NCBI GenBank assembly: GCA_964343105.1
Contig: CAYFHV010000001.1
Span: 4,884 to 48,800 of the forward strand
Length of the DNA stretch: 43,917 bases
Source of the DNA: an uncultured Planctomycetia bacterium
GTDB lineage: Bacteria; Omnitrophota; Gorgyraeia; 1-14-0-20-64-10
Reading direction: 5' to 3'
In this document: positions 27,027 to 36,711 of the stretch, in pieces
Layout: each line of letters opens with the position of its first letter
Position numbering within the stretch: position 1 is the first letter of the stretch
Notes under the pieces: model-generated
The model's input: the letters and a program-made list of their open reading frames with translations, nothing else
Told to the model about the DNA's origin: nothing
The model's database searches: none
Made by a program: the position numbers and the translations under genes

Positions 27027-28201
27027 ATCGCCAGCCGCCCCAGGCGCAGGGCCCCCTTGCGCAGCTCAGCAGTGGGCACGCTCAGCGAAAAGCGGACGTA
27101 CCCTTCCCCGTGCGCGCCGAATCCCACCCCGGGGGTGGCGACGATTCCTGCGCCCTTCAGCAGGCGGGCGGCGACTTCCCGGGAGGTGCGGCCGCGCGGG
27201 ACAGGCACCCAGAGGTAGAAGGTGGCGCGGGGCGCGGTGACAGGCCAGCCGGAGCGCTGCAGCGCCTGGACGAGGAGGTCTCTCCTTCCCTGGTACAGGC
27301 GGATCGTTTTTCGCAGATGCGCCCGGGGGCCCTCGAGCGCCCGAATGGCGGCCGCCTGGACCGCTTCGAAGATGCCGGAGTCGATGTTGGATTTCACCCT
27401 GGCGAGGGCAGAGATCATCCGGCGGTTCCCGCAGGCCCAGCCCACACGCCAGCCGGTCATGTTGAACGTCTTGGAGAGGGAATGGAATTCAATCCCCACC
27501 TCCTTGGCCCCCGGCGCCTGCAGGAAGCTGGGGTGGCGCAGGCCGTCGAACGCGATCTCCGAATAGGCGGCATCGTGGCAGATCGCCACCCCTTTCCTGG
27601 CCGCGAACCGGACGAGCGACCGGAAGAAGCCCAGGTCGGCCACCGCGGCGGTCGGGTTGTTCGGATAGTTAAGGAAGAAGAGCCGGGCCCGGATCCTGGA
27701 TCGGGCGAGGGATTCCAGGTCCGGCAGGAACCGGTTCCTGGCCAGGAGCGGCACCGGCACAGGGCGTCCCCCTGCCAGGATCGTGCCGGTCCGATACGGC
27801 GGATAGCCGGGGTCCGGCACCCAGACCGGGTCGCCGGGATTGACATAAGCCAGCGGCAGATGGGCGATCCCTTCCTTGGAACCGATGAGGGGTAGGATCT
27901 CACTGGCCGGGTCGAGGCGCACGCGGAACCGTTCCCGGTGCCAGCGGGCGATCGCCTCGCGGAACTCGGTCAGACCCCGGTTGCTGGGATACCGGTGGCA
28001 GCGGCCGCTGCGCAGCGCCTTGACCATCGCCTGCAGGATGAAGCGGGGAGGGGGCTGGTCCGGATCTCCCACCCCCATGTCGATCACCTCCCTGCCCCTG
28101 CGGATCATCCGCTCCTTCAGGGCGTCGATCTCGACGAAGAGATAGGGCGGAAGGCGGGTGAGCCGCCGCGCGACGGGTGGGATCGCAGGGCTGTGCCTCA
28201 T
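27002..28201 (-). CDS. dapL: LL-diaminopimelate aminotransferase (class I aminotransferase, DapL-type)
   Basis: LPPYLFVEIDALK...VIDMGVGDPDQPPP and SLSKTFNMTGWRVGW (PLP-lysine region). The genes dapB, dapA, dapF and lysA sit immediately upstream, and no dapD, dapC or dapE is present. Start at the ATG at 28201, overlapping the dapB stop (ATGA). Confidence 0.75.
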   Translation of the reverse strand: MRHSPAIPPVARRLTRLPPYLFVEIDALKERMIRRGREVIDMGVGDPDQPPPRFILQAMVKALRSGRCHRYPSNRGLTEFREAIARWHRERFRVRLDPASEILPLIGSKEGIAHLPLAYVNPGDPVWVPDPGYPPYRTGTILAGGRPVPVPLLARNRFLPDLESLARSRIRARLFFLNYPNNPTAAVADLGFFRSLVRFAARKGVAICHDAAYSEIAFDGLRHPSFLQAPGAKEVGIEFHSLSKTFNMTGWRVGWACGNRRMISALARVKSNIDSGIFEAVQAAAIRALEGPRAHLRKTIRLYQGRRDLLVQALQRSGWPVTAPRATFYLWVPVPRGRTSREVAARLLKGAGIVATPGVGFGAHGEGYVRFSLSVPTAELRKGALRLGRLAIWPRSTSD

Positions 28202-29001
28202 CGGCTGTTTGACTGTTCCAGGGCGCGGACGAAGTCGTCCATCCGGTAGAGCCCGGGTTCCTTCCACAGGCGGAGGAAGTAACGCGCTACGAGCAGGGCA
28301 CCCTGAGCGAACAGCCGCCGGTCCTTCGCCTCGTGCGTGAGCTGAATCTGCTCCGCCGGCAGGTCGAAGCGGACGGTATGGATGCCGATCACTTCTCCCT
28401 CCCGGATCGATTCGATCTGTGCATCCTCGATCGGGCGGCCGCTCAGCGCCCGCAGATCCTCCGCAAGGAGCTTGGCGGTCCCGCTGGGCTTGTCCTTCTT
28501 CTGCGCGTGGTGCGTCTCGGATAGGCGGAAGGAGACTTGAGACTCCAGCTGGAACTTCTTGAGAAGCTCGTAGACCGCCGCCATGGTGCGCCGCAGGATG
28601 ACCACCCCGATCGACATGTTGGGGGACCAGAGGATTGGGATCCTCTGGGTGTAGCGGCGCAGCTCCTCCAGCTCCTGCGCGGAGAAGCCGGTGGTTCCGA
28701 TGAGCATGGGCACTCCGGCCGGCGCGGCCTGCCGGGCATGCGCCAGGGAGGCCTGGGGGGTCGTGAACTCGATCAGCAGGTCGGCGCGCGGAAGAAGATC
28801 GGACAGGCTCGACGTCACCCGACAGCGGGCGGAGGGGGCGAGGGGCTCGCCGATCCGGGCGTGCCCTTCCTGCTCGACCCCGCCGACCAGCTCAAAGGAG
28901 CCGGTGTCCCGGAGCGCTTCCTCTACAAGGAGGGAGCCCATCCGGCCGCAGCAGCCGCTGATGACAAGACGGACCGGTTTGCTGTCCTGGCGAGGATTCA
29001 T
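28198..29001 (-). CDS. dapB: 4-hydroxy-tetrahydrodipicolinate reductase
   Basis: VRLVISGCCGRMG (NAD-binding N-terminus), WSPNMSIGV, and HHAQKKDKPSGTA (the DapB signature E/HxHHxxKxDAPSGTA). Confidence 0.88.
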   Translation of the reverse strand: MNPRQDSKPVRLVISGCCGRMGSLLVEEALRDTGSFELVGGVEQEGHARIGEPLAPSARCRVTSSLSDLLPRADLLIEFTTPQASLAHARQAAPAGVPMLIGTTGFSAQELEELRRYTQRIPILWSPNMSIGVVILRRTMAAVYELLKKFQLESQVSFRLSETHHAQKKDKPSGTAKLLAEDLRALSGRPIEDAQIESIREGEVIGIHTVRFDLPAEQIQLTHEAKDRRLFAQGALLVARYFLRLWKEPGLYRMDDFVRALEQSNSR

Positions 29002-29008
29002 GGCTCTT

Positions 29009-29917
29009 CTATCGCTTGAGGAGCCGATAGGAACGCAGAGCCTCCTTGAGCTTCTCGAGGTTCGCGTCGGACATGGGGCACAGGGGAAGCCGCAGGGTGG
29101 CCTCCTCGATGAGGCCAGCCAGTCCCATGGCGGTCTTGACCGGGATCGGGTTGGTTTCCAGGAAGAGGGCGCGGGTGAGCGGCAGCAGCCGATAGTGGAT
29201 CTTCCGGGCCAGGGCCACGCCTCCGCGCTGGAACGCCCGGACCATCCGGGCGACCTCGGCAGGAAGCAGGTTCGCCACCACGGAGATGACGCCTGTTCCG
29301 CCGATGGCCAGGATGGGAAGCGTCAGCGCATCGTCGCCGGAGATGAGGCGGAAGGAGGCCGGGCAGAGCGCCTTGATCCGGGCCATCTGCTCCAGCGAGC
29401 CGCTGGATTCCTTCACCCCGACGATCCAGCGGATCCTGGCAAGGCGGGCGATGGTTTCGGGCTCCACATTGACGGCGGTGCGGGAGGCGATGTTGTAGAG
29501 GAGCAGCGGGAGACCGCCCGCCTCCGCGACGGTGCGGAAGTGCCGGTAAAGCCCTTCCTGCGTCGGCTTGTTGTAGTAGGGCGAGATGACCAGGGCCGCC
29601 TGCGCCCCCACGCGCCGCGCGTGCCGGGTGAGGCGGACCGCCTCCTCGGTGTTGTTCGAGCCGGTTCCCGCGATGATGGGGATGCGGCCCCGCGCCGCCT
29701 GGAGTACCACCTCGATCACCTGCTCGTGCTCCTCATGCGAGAGGGTGGCCGATTCCCCTGTCGTTCCGCAGGGGACAATGGCGGAGGTTCCGGAGCGGAC
29801 GTGAAACTCCACCAGACGCCGCAGCCCCCGCACGTCGACCGCGCCGTTCCGGAACGGGGTCACCAGGGCGACCATGGAACCCTTGAGCCACGAGGAGGGA
29901 TTCTTAAATGGAGCCAC
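29009..29917 (-). CDS. dapA: 4-hydroxy-tetrahydrodipicolinate synthase
   Basis: GSMVALVTPF, GTTGESATLSHEEH, YNIASRT and GVKESSG (active-site Lys region). GTG start at 29917 with GGAGG 8 nt upstream. Overlaps the dapF end by 14 nt. Confidence 0.9.
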   Translation of the reverse strand: MAPFKNPSSWLKGSMVALVTPFRNGAVDVRGLRRLVEFHVRSGTSAIVPCGTTGESATLSHEEHEQVIEVVLQAARGRIPIIAGTGSNNTEEAVRLTRHARRVGAQAALVISPYYNKPTQEGLYRHFRTVAEAGGLPLLLYNIASRTAVNVEPETIARLARIRWIVGVKESSGSLEQMARIKALCPASFRLISGDDALTLPILAIGGTGVISVVANLLPAEVARMVRAFQRGGVALARKIHYRLLPLTRALFLETNPIPVKTAMGLAGLIEEATLRLPLCPMSDANLEKLKEALRSYRLLKR

Positions 29918-30755
29918 GCCGAAGGCCTCCCTCGAAAAGGATCCGCGCAGGGCCCTCCAGGTAAAGCTCCTGCCAGGGGCTCGACCCGCGCCGGAGGCGC
30001 CGGAATCCGACATTGAGCGTCTCCCCGCCGCGCGTGCGGACCCGAACCGGCGGGGTCAGACGGCCCAGCGCGGCTCCGATCACCACCGCCGCGACGGCCC
30101 CGGTGCCGCACGCCAGGGTCTCCTGCTCGACGCCCCGCTCGTAAGTCCGGATGGAGAGCTCGTGAGGAGAATGGACCTTCACCCAGTCCACGTTGGTTCC
30201 CTCCGAGCCGAAGAGCCGGTGATGGCGAATGACCGGGCCGGTCACGGAGGGATCCACGGCCTCCAGGCGGGAGGTGAAGAGCACCGCGTGGGGCACCCCG
30301 CTGTGGACCGCATGGAGGAACAGCCGCCTTCCCTGATGCCGGAGCGACAATCCCAGGCGCAGCCGGCGCGGGGTGCCTGTGAAGACGCGCACCCGCTCAG
30401 GACCGACGACCCGCGCCTCCAGCACGCCTGCACCTGTTTCGACGCGCAGCCGCCTCCTGCCGTGATCCTGAGAGTGAAGGTACCATGCGGCACAGCGCAG
30501 GCCGTTGCCGCACATGGAGGCCTCGCTCCCGTCCGGATTGTAGATGCGCATCCGGGCGTCCGCCTTGCGGGAGGAGGAGAGGACCAGCAGGCCGTCTGCA
30601 CCAATGCCTCTCCGGCGCTCGCACCATCCTCGGGCCAGACGGGCGGCGGATCCGGGAAGGGGACGGCGGCGCGCATCGACCAGGATGAAGTCGTTGCCCG
30701 AGCCGATCACCTTGGCAAAGCGGATCCCCTTCATCGCACCGGTACGCGGCCTCAT
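29904..30755 (-). CDS. dapF: diaminopimelate epimerase
   Basis: GSGNDFILVD, MCGNGLRC and ACGTGAVA (the two catalytic Cys motifs). The ATG at 30755 overlaps the lysA stop (ATGA). The alternative ATG at 30734 gives MKGIRF. Confidence 0.88.
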   Translation of the reverse strand: MRPRTGAMKGIRFAKVIGSGNDFILVDARRRPLPGSAARLARGWCERRRGIGADGLLVLSSSRKADARMRIYNPDGSEASMCGNGLRCAAWYLHSQDHGRRRLRVETGAGVLEARVVGPERVRVFTGTPRRLRLGLSLRHQGRRLFLHAVHSGVPHAVLFTSRLEAVDPSVTGPVIRHHRLFGSEGTNVDWVKVHSPHELSIRTYERGVEQETLACGTGAVAAVVIGAALGRLTPPVRVRTRGGETLNVGFRRLRRGSSPWQELYLEGPARILFEGGLRRGSI

Positions 30756-32011
30756 CGCAAGAAGGAGGGGATCCTCTCCCCCCGGATGAGGTCCTGGAAG
30801 GTTTCACGGCGGCGAATCAGGAACCAGCGGCCGCCCTTGACAAGCACCTCCGCCGCCCGCGGCCGGGCGTTGTAGTTGCTGGACATGACGAACCCGTAGG
30901 CGCCGGCGCCCAGGATGGCGAGAAGATTTCCCGGCTGGAGCTGCGGGAGAGGCCGCTGCCGGGCGAAGAAGTCGCCGCTTTCGCAAACCGGTCCCACCAC
31001 GTCGTATCGGAGCCGACCCGGGGACTGGGCGCGGATCACCGGACGAACCTCATGATAGGCGCCGTAGAGACTGGGTCGGATGAGATCATTCATGCCTGCA
31101 TCCACAATGGCAAAACGGCGGGCGTGACTTCGCTTGAGGTACAGGACCCGGGTCACCAGGACGCCGCCGCTTCCCACGATGAACCGGCCTGGTTCCAGGA
31201 TAACCTTAAGGCCTGTCCTTTTCAATAGGGGAACCACCGCCCGGGCGTAGCGGGCGGCGGTCTGAGGCCTCTCGCGGCGGTAGACGATTCCCAGGCCGCC
31301 CCCGATGTTGAGATATTGAATGCGGACGCCCTGGCGGCGCGCCGACCGGACCACCTGGAGGGCCCGGCGGATGGCGGCGACGTACGGCTGGCTGTGCAGG
31401 ATCTGAGAGCCGATGTGGATGTGCAGGCCGGTGATCTCCACGTGCGGGAAGCGGGCGCGCTCCCGCAGAAGGGATTCCAAGGTCCGGCGCTCCATCCCGA
31501 ACTTGGAGGCCCTCTGCCCGGTGGAGATGAAGGAGTGGGTGTGCGGCTCCACCTCCGGATTGAGGCGCAGGCTCACGCTGGCCCGCCGCCCCAAGCGCGC
31601 GGCCACACGCTCAATCTGCTCCAGCTCCTGGGCCGATTCCACGTTGAAGAGGAGGATGCCGGCCTGGAGACCTAAGCGGATCTCATCCGCGGTTTTCCCG
31701 ACGGAGGCGTAGACGATCCTGCGGGGATCGGCGCCGATGCGCAGCACGCGCCGGAGCTCCCCGCCGGAGACGACGTCGAACCCTGCCCCCGCCCGGGCGA
31801 GGGCCCGGCAGATGGCCAGGTTCGCGTTGGCCTTGACCGCGTAGCAGATTGACGCCCGCAGGGGCCGGAAGGCGGCCCGGAGCTTGCGGTAGTGGTCGAG
31901 GATCGTCCCGTAGCTGTAGAGGTACAGGGGTGTCCCGGCCGCCCGCGCGATTTCGGCCACGGGCACCTGCTCACACCAGAGCTGCCCGTTCCGGTAGGCG
32001 AAGCGGTGCAC
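30752..32011 (-). CDS. lysA: diaminopimelate decarboxylase
   Basis: YAVKANANLAI (PLP Lys), GGGLGI, and CESGD near the C-terminus. 419 aa. Confidence 0.92.
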   Translation of the reverse strand: MHRFAYRNGQLWCEQVPVAEIARAAGTPLYLYSYGTILDHYRKLRAAFRPLRASICYAVKANANLAICRALARAGAGFDVVSGGELRRVLRIGADPRRIVYASVGKTADEIRLGLQAGILLFNVESAQELEQIERVAARLGRRASVSLRLNPEVEPHTHSFISTGQRASKFGMERRTLESLLRERARFPHVEITGLHIHIGSQILHSQPYVAAIRRALQVVRSARRQGVRIQYLNIGGGLGIVYRRERPQTAARYARAVVPLLKRTGLKVILEPGRFIVGSGGVLVTRVLYLKRSHARRFAIVDAGMNDLIRPSLYGAYHEVRPVIRAQSPGRLRYDVVGPVCESGDFFARQRPLPQLQPGNLLAILGAGAYGFVMSSNYNARPRAAEVLVKGGRWFLIRRRETFQDLIRGERIPSFLR

Positions 32012-32013
32012 CG

Positions 32014-33399
32014 CTACGCTCTCTCCCGCCGGAGCAGTCGTTTCCAGCGGCGGACCGCCGCCCGAACCAGGGCCGGCCGGGTGCTGCCCTCGGATCTCTT
32101 TCGTCGGACCGAGGCGGACGGGTCGAGCAGCTTCAGCGCCCCTGCGCCAAGGGCGGGGGAGAAGCGGCGCAGCTGCGAGGGAGAGAGGGAGCGGATCGGG
32201 ATGCCCCGCCCTTCCGCATAGGCGAGGAGCCTTCCCACGGAGCGATGCGCCTGCGCGAAGGGAACACCGCGCTCCACCAGGTATTCGGCCAGATCGGTGG
32301 CATAGAGGGACTCATCCCGAAGCTGTGCCTCGAGGCGCGCGGGGTTCCAGCGGAGGGCCTGGAAGCCCTCCGCGAGGACGACCAGCATCGCCTCGGATCG
32401 GTCGAGCGCCCCGAAGAGGATCTCCTTGTCAAGCTGCAGATCCCGGTGATAGCCGGAGGGGAGGCCCTTGAGGAGTGTCAGGATGGAGCAGAGCTCGCCC
32501 ACCAGCCGGGCGGCGTTCGCCCGCACGAGCTCCAGGAAATCCGGATTCTGCTTCTGAGGCATCATGGAGCTTCCGGTCAGCATCCGCTCGCTCAACACAA
32601 CGAACCCGAATTCCGCGCTGGACCAGAGCAGGAGATCCTCGGCGATCCGGGAGCCGTGGACGCCCAGCAGGGCCAGGCAGGAAACCAGCTCAGCCACAAA
32701 GTCCCGTTCGGTCACGGCATCCATGGAGTTGGCAGCCACCCTTGAGAAGCCGAGCTGGCGGGCCACGGGCCGGCGGCGGATCGCAAGGCCGGTTCCGGTC
32801 AATGCGCCGGAGCCGAGCGGCAGCTCATCCAGCCGATTCAGCCCGTCGGCCAGCCGGGCCGCATCCCGCTGCAGGGCCTCGAGGTAACTCAGAAGAAGAT
32901 GGGCGATGAGAACCGGCTGGGCGTGCCGGAGGTGCGTGTATCCCGGCATCACTCGATCCCCGGCCCTTTCCGCCTGAGCCAGGATCGCCTGCTGAAGCCG
33001 CCGGATGAAGGAGCGGATCTTCGGGATCCGTTCCTTGCAGTAGAGCCGGAGGTCGGTCACCACCTGATCGTTCCGGGAGCGGGCCGTGTGGAGCCGTTGT
33101 GCGGCCTGCCCCACCTTTCGCTCGAGGGCGGCCTGCAGCGCGGTGTGGATGTCCTCGGCGCCGGCCGGCAGATGGAGCCGGCCCCTGTCGAGCTCGGACA
33201 GGAGAGCCTTCAGGCCCCGGACAATCCGCCGGCTGTCTGATCGAGGGATGATCCGGCTGCGCCCCAGCATCTCCGCGTGGGCGATGGAGCCGAGCAGATC
33301 CTGCCGCGCCAGCCGGCGGTCCACATCGAGGGAATGGGTGAAGCGCTCCACCTGTGCGGAGGTCTTCCGGCGGAATCGGCCGCCCCATAACTTGCTCAT
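32014..33399 (-). CDS. argH: argininosuccinate lyase
   Basis: MSKLWGGRF, SRNDQV, and the GSSMMPQKQNPD fumarate-lyase signature. Confidence 0.93.
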   Translation of the reverse strand: MSKLWGGRFRRKTSAQVERFTHSLDVDRRLARQDLLGSIAHAEMLGRSRIIPRSDSRRIVRGLKALLSELDRGRLHLPAGAEDIHTALQAALERKVGQAAQRLHTARSRNDQVVTDLRLYCKERIPKIRSFIRRLQQAILAQAERAGDRVMPGYTHLRHAQPVLIAHLLLSYLEALQRDAARLADGLNRLDELPLGSGALTGTGLAIRRRPVARQLGFSRVAANSMDAVTERDFVAELVSCLALLGVHGSRIAEDLLLWSSAEFGFVVLSERMLTGSSMMPQKQNPDFLELVRANAARLVGELCSILTLLKGLPSGYHRDLQLDKEILFGALDRSEAMLVVLAEGFQALRWNPARLEAQLRDESLYATDLAEYLVERGVPFAQAHRSVGRLLAYAEGRGIPIRSLSPSQLRRFSPALGAGALKLLDPSASVRRKRSEGSTRPALVRAAVRRWKRLLRRERA

Positions 33400-34616
33400 G
33401 AGGACCTCAATCGGTACGACGTACCTAGGCGGCCTTTGGTACGTCGTACCGTGTAGGGAAGGCCCCAGAGGGTGATGAAGCCCCCGGCCGCCCGCTGGTC
33501 AAAGAGATCGCCCCGCCCATAGGTGGCCAGGGACCGGGCGTACCGGGAATGGGGGGATCGCCTGCCTGCGCAGAGCGCGCTTCCGCGGAAGAGCTTGACC
33601 CGCACCGTGCCGGTCACGTTCTCCTGCGTGCTCTCGACGAATCGGTCGAGGGCCTCCTTGAGGGGGGTAAAGTAAAGCCCGTCGTAGATCAGCCGGGCGT
33701 ACCGCTGCGCCACCGCCTCCTTGAAGGCCAATGTCTCCCGGTCCAGGGTGAGCGCCTCCAGCTCCCGATGCGCCAGATGCAGAACGGTCGCGGCCGGCGC
33801 CTCGTACACCTCCCGGGACTTGATCCCGACCAGGCGGTCCTCGATCAGGTCGCTGCGGCCCACCCCGTGCCGGGCCCCGATCCGGTTCAACGCCTGAATG
33901 ATCTGGACCAGAGGCATCCTCCGGCCGTTGAGCCGGGAAGGCGTGCCCCGCTGGAACTCGATCTTCACCACCTGCGGTTTGGCAGGCGCTCTCCTCGGGT
34001 CGGCCGTCCATCGGAAGGCATCGGCGGGCGGCTCCACCCAGGGATCTTCGAGCGGGCCGCTCTCGATGGAGACCCCCCAGAGGTTCTGATCGATGGAGTA
34101 GCGGGAGTCGGTTTTCTTTGGAACCGGCAGGCCCCGGGCCCGCAGGTAGCGTGCCTCCTCCTCCCTCGAGCGGAGCCTCCATTCCCGCACCGGCGCCACG
34201 ATCCGGAGTCTTGGATCCAGGATCCGCAGGGAGACCTCGATCCGCACCTGGTCGTTCCCCTTGCCGGTGCAGCCGTGGGCCACCGCCTGGGCCCGTTGGG
34301 CGCGGGCCACCTCGGCCAGCGCCCGGGCGATGAGCGGCCGGCTCAGGGCGGTCGCCAGGAGGTACTTCCCCTCGTAAACGGCCCCGGCCTTGAGCGCCGG
34401 CAGGACATACTCCTCGGCGAAGACCCTCTGGAGATTCCGGACCACCGCCCGCTCGGCACCCAGCTCCAGGGCCCGGCGCCGGACCGGCTCCAGATCCTCC
34501 CCCTGCCCCACGTCGGCGCAGAAGGCGATCACCCGGTATCCGGACTCCTTCAGCCACCGGATGCAGACCGAGGTATCGAGACCGCCGGAGTATGCGAGAA
34601 CCACCTTCGGAGTCAT
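33396..34616 (-). CDS. argG: argininosuccinate synthase
   Basis: VLAYSGGLDTS, HGCTGKGNDQVR and SIDQNLWG. Confidence 0.93.
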   Translation of the reverse strand: MTPKVVLAYSGGLDTSVCIRWLKESGYRVIAFCADVGQGEDLEPVRRRALELGAERAVVRNLQRVFAEEYVLPALKAGAVYEGKYLLATALSRPLIARALAEVARAQRAQAVAHGCTGKGNDQVRIEVSLRILDPRLRIVAPVREWRLRSREEEARYLRARGLPVPKKTDSRYSIDQNLWGVSIESGPLEDPWVEPPADAFRWTADPRRAPAKPQVVKIEFQRGTPSRLNGRRMPLVQIIQALNRIGARHGVGRSDLIEDRLVGIKSREVYEAPAATVLHLAHRELEALTLDRETLAFKEAVAQRYARLIYDGLYFTPLKEALDRFVESTQENVTGTVRVKLFRGSALCAGRRSPHSRYARSLATYGRGDLFDQRAAGGFITLWGLPYTVRRTKGRLGTSYRLRSS

Positions 34617-35539
34617 GGGCGCAGAAGCCTCAGAAGAATCGCCTTCTGCACGTGCAGGCGATTCTCCGCCTGATCATAGACGATCGACCGGGGGCTGTCC
34701 AGCACGTCGTCGGTCACCTCTTCGCCCCGATGCGCTGGCAGGCAGTGGAGGAAGAAGGCGCCGCGGCTGGCCTGGCGCATGAGCCGCGCATTCACCTGGA
34801 ACCGGCGGAAGACGATTCTCCTCCTCCGGCCCTCGCCCTCCTGTCCCATGCTGGTCCAGACATCCGTGTAGACCGCCTGCGCCCGGCGCACCGCCTCGGC
34901 CGGTTGGGCGATCCAGCGGACGCTTCCCCCGGTTCGCCTGGCGATCGGCTGAACAGCGCGCAGCGTGGCCTGGTGCGGACGGTATCCCGCCGGTGTGGAG
35001 ATGGCCAGGTGCATGCCGGTCAGCGCGCAGGCCTGCATGAGCGCGTGACAGACGTTGTTCCCGTCTCCCACGAAGGCGAGCCGTGCGCCCCGGAGTTTTC
35101 CCAGCTTCTCCTGAAGGGTGAACAGGTCCGCCAGCGCCTGGCAGGGGTGCGTGAAATCGGACAGCCCGTTGATGATCGGGATCCTGGAGACCGCGGCCAT
35201 CTCTTCCAGATCCCGGTGTTGGAAGGTTCGGGCCACGATCCCGTCCAGGTAGCGGGCGAGAACCTGGGCCACGTCCCGGGGCGCCTCCCGCTGGCCGTGC
35301 TGGAGCTCGACGGGGCCGATGTAGAGGGACCGGCCGCCGAGCTCGGCCATGCCGACCTCGAAGGAGACGCGGGTCCGGACCGAGGGCTTGTGGAAGAGGA
35401 GCCCGAGCGTTTTCCCGGCCAGCGGGCGCAGCTTTCCCCTGCGGGTCCGCTTCAGGTGGGCGGCGACCCGGAACAGTTCCGCGATCTCGGCCGCGGACAG
35501 GTCGGATACCTGAAGGAAATGGCGTCTTCGCATCGTCAT
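34613..35539 (-). CDS. argF: ornithine carbamoyltransferase
   Basis: FHKPSVRTRVSFE, DGNNV and HCLPAHRGEEV. The ATG at 35539 overlaps the argD stop (ATGA). Confidence 0.9.
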   Translation of the reverse strand: MTMRRRHFLQVSDLSAAEIAELFRVAAHLKRTRRGKLRPLAGKTLGLLFHKPSVRTRVSFEVGMAELGGRSLYIGPVELQHGQREAPRDVAQVLARYLDGIVARTFQHRDLEEMAAVSRIPIINGLSDFTHPCQALADLFTLQEKLGKLRGARLAFVGDGNNVCHALMQACALTGMHLAISTPAGYRPHQATLRAVQPIARRTGGSVRWIAQPAEAVRRAQAVYTDVWTSMGQEGEGRRRRIVFRRFQVNARLMRQASRGAFFLHCLPAHRGEEVTDDVLDSPRSIVYDQAENRLHVQKAILLRLLRP

Positions 35540-36711
35540 TCTCTGAGGGATGCGGCCAGAAGCTCGACCGCGCGATCGATCTCCCGCCGGCTGACGTTGA
35601 GCGCCGGGTACATCCGCAGGACCCTTTCCTGGGTGCAATTGATGAGGAGCCCCCTCCGCGCCGCCTCGCGAACCACCCCGGCGCCTGGCCGGTCCAGCTC
35701 CAGCCCGAGCATGAGGCCGAGGCCCCGCACCTCCCGGATCGCCGGGAACTCCTTCCGGAGCCTTTCCAGCCGCCGGCGCAGGTACGCGGCGCTCTTTCGG
35801 ACCTCTGCCAGGAATCCCTTGTGCAGGATGACCTCCAGGGTTGCCAGCCCCGCCGCGGTGACCAGAGGATTTCCGCCGAAGGTGGTGGCATGGGAGGCCT
35901 TCTCCCAGACGTCGGAGATCTGCCGCCCCGCCAGGAGCACCCCCATCGGCAGGCCTCCGGCAGCCGGCTTGGCCAGGAGCAGCATGTCGGGGATGACCCC
36001 GTACTGCTGGTAGCAGAAGAGCGTTCCGGTGCGGCCCATTCCGGAGGAGATCTCGTCGAAGATGAGGAGCAGCTTCCGCTCATTGCAGAGCCGCTTCAAG
36101 CCCCGCACGTACTCCCGGGTCGCCACATGGATGCCGCCCTCCCCCTGAACCAGCTCGATTAGGATCCCGATCGTCTCGGGACGGATCGCCTTCCGGATCG
36201 CGTCGAGCTCGTTGAACGGAACGTGCCGGAATCCGGCGGGGACCGGCTCGAAGCCCTGGTGATGCTTCGGCTGTCCGGTGGCGGCCATGGCCCCGAGGGT
36301 CCGGCCGTGAAACGATCCCTGCATGGAGAGGATCTCCCATCGCGCGGGGGATCCCACCTTTCGGGCGAGCTTGATCGCCGCCTCCACCGCCTCGGCGCCG
36401 CTGTTGGTGAAGAAGCATTTGCCGGGGAAGCTGTGCCTGACGAGCGCCTCCGCCAGCCGCGCCTGGGGGGCATGATAGAAGGTGTTCGGCACATGGATGA
36501 GGCGCTTCACCTGTTTCTCGACGGCCCTGACCACGGCGGGGTGACAGTGCCCCAGGGCGTTGGCTCCCCAACCCGGGAAGAAATCGAGGTAGCGCTTCCC
36601 CTCCTCGTCCCAGAGCCAGGATCCGCGGGCGCGGGCGGCGGCGATCCCCAGCCGGTTGTAGACCGGGATCAGGTATCGGTCGTAGAGGGAGGCCACCGCC
36701 TTCGTGGTCAT
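35536..36711 (-). CDS. argD: acetylornithine aminotransferase
   Basis: Class III aminotransferase features: GANALGHCHP, FFTNSGAEAVE, DEISSGMGRTG, and LLLAKPAAGGLPMG (PLP-Lys region). Confidence 0.9.
   Translation of the reverse strand: MTTKAVASLYDRYLIPVYNRLGIAAARARGSWLWDEEGKRYLDFFPGWGANALGHCHPAVVRAVEKQVKRLIHVPNTFYHAPQARLAEALVRHSFPGKCFFTNSGAEAVEAAIKLARKVGSPARWEILSMQGSFHGRTLGAMAATGQPKHHQGFEPVPAGFRHVPFNELDAIRKAIRPETIGILIELVQGEGGIHVATREYVRGLKRLCNERKLLLIFDEISSGMGRTGTLFCYQQYGVIPDMLLLAKPAAGGLPMGVLLAGRQISDVWEKASHATTFGGNPLVTAAGLATLEVILHKGFLAEVRKSAAYLRRRLERLRKEFPAIREVRGLGLMLGLELDRPGAGVVREAARRGLLINCTQERVLRMYPALNVSRREIDRAVELLAASLRE

Noticed and set aside
33499-34557. 352-aa same-strand alternative frame inside argG
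   Set aside because: Its composition (G, P, A, R above 60%) is typical of an off-frame in GC-rich genes. argG in its own frame is unambiguous.
34592-36083. 473-aa (+) and 469-aa (-) alternative-frame ORFs over argF/argD
   Set aside because: These are low-complexity Arg/Pro/Gly translations that overlap two enzymes with clear signatures in another frame. They are high-GC artefacts.
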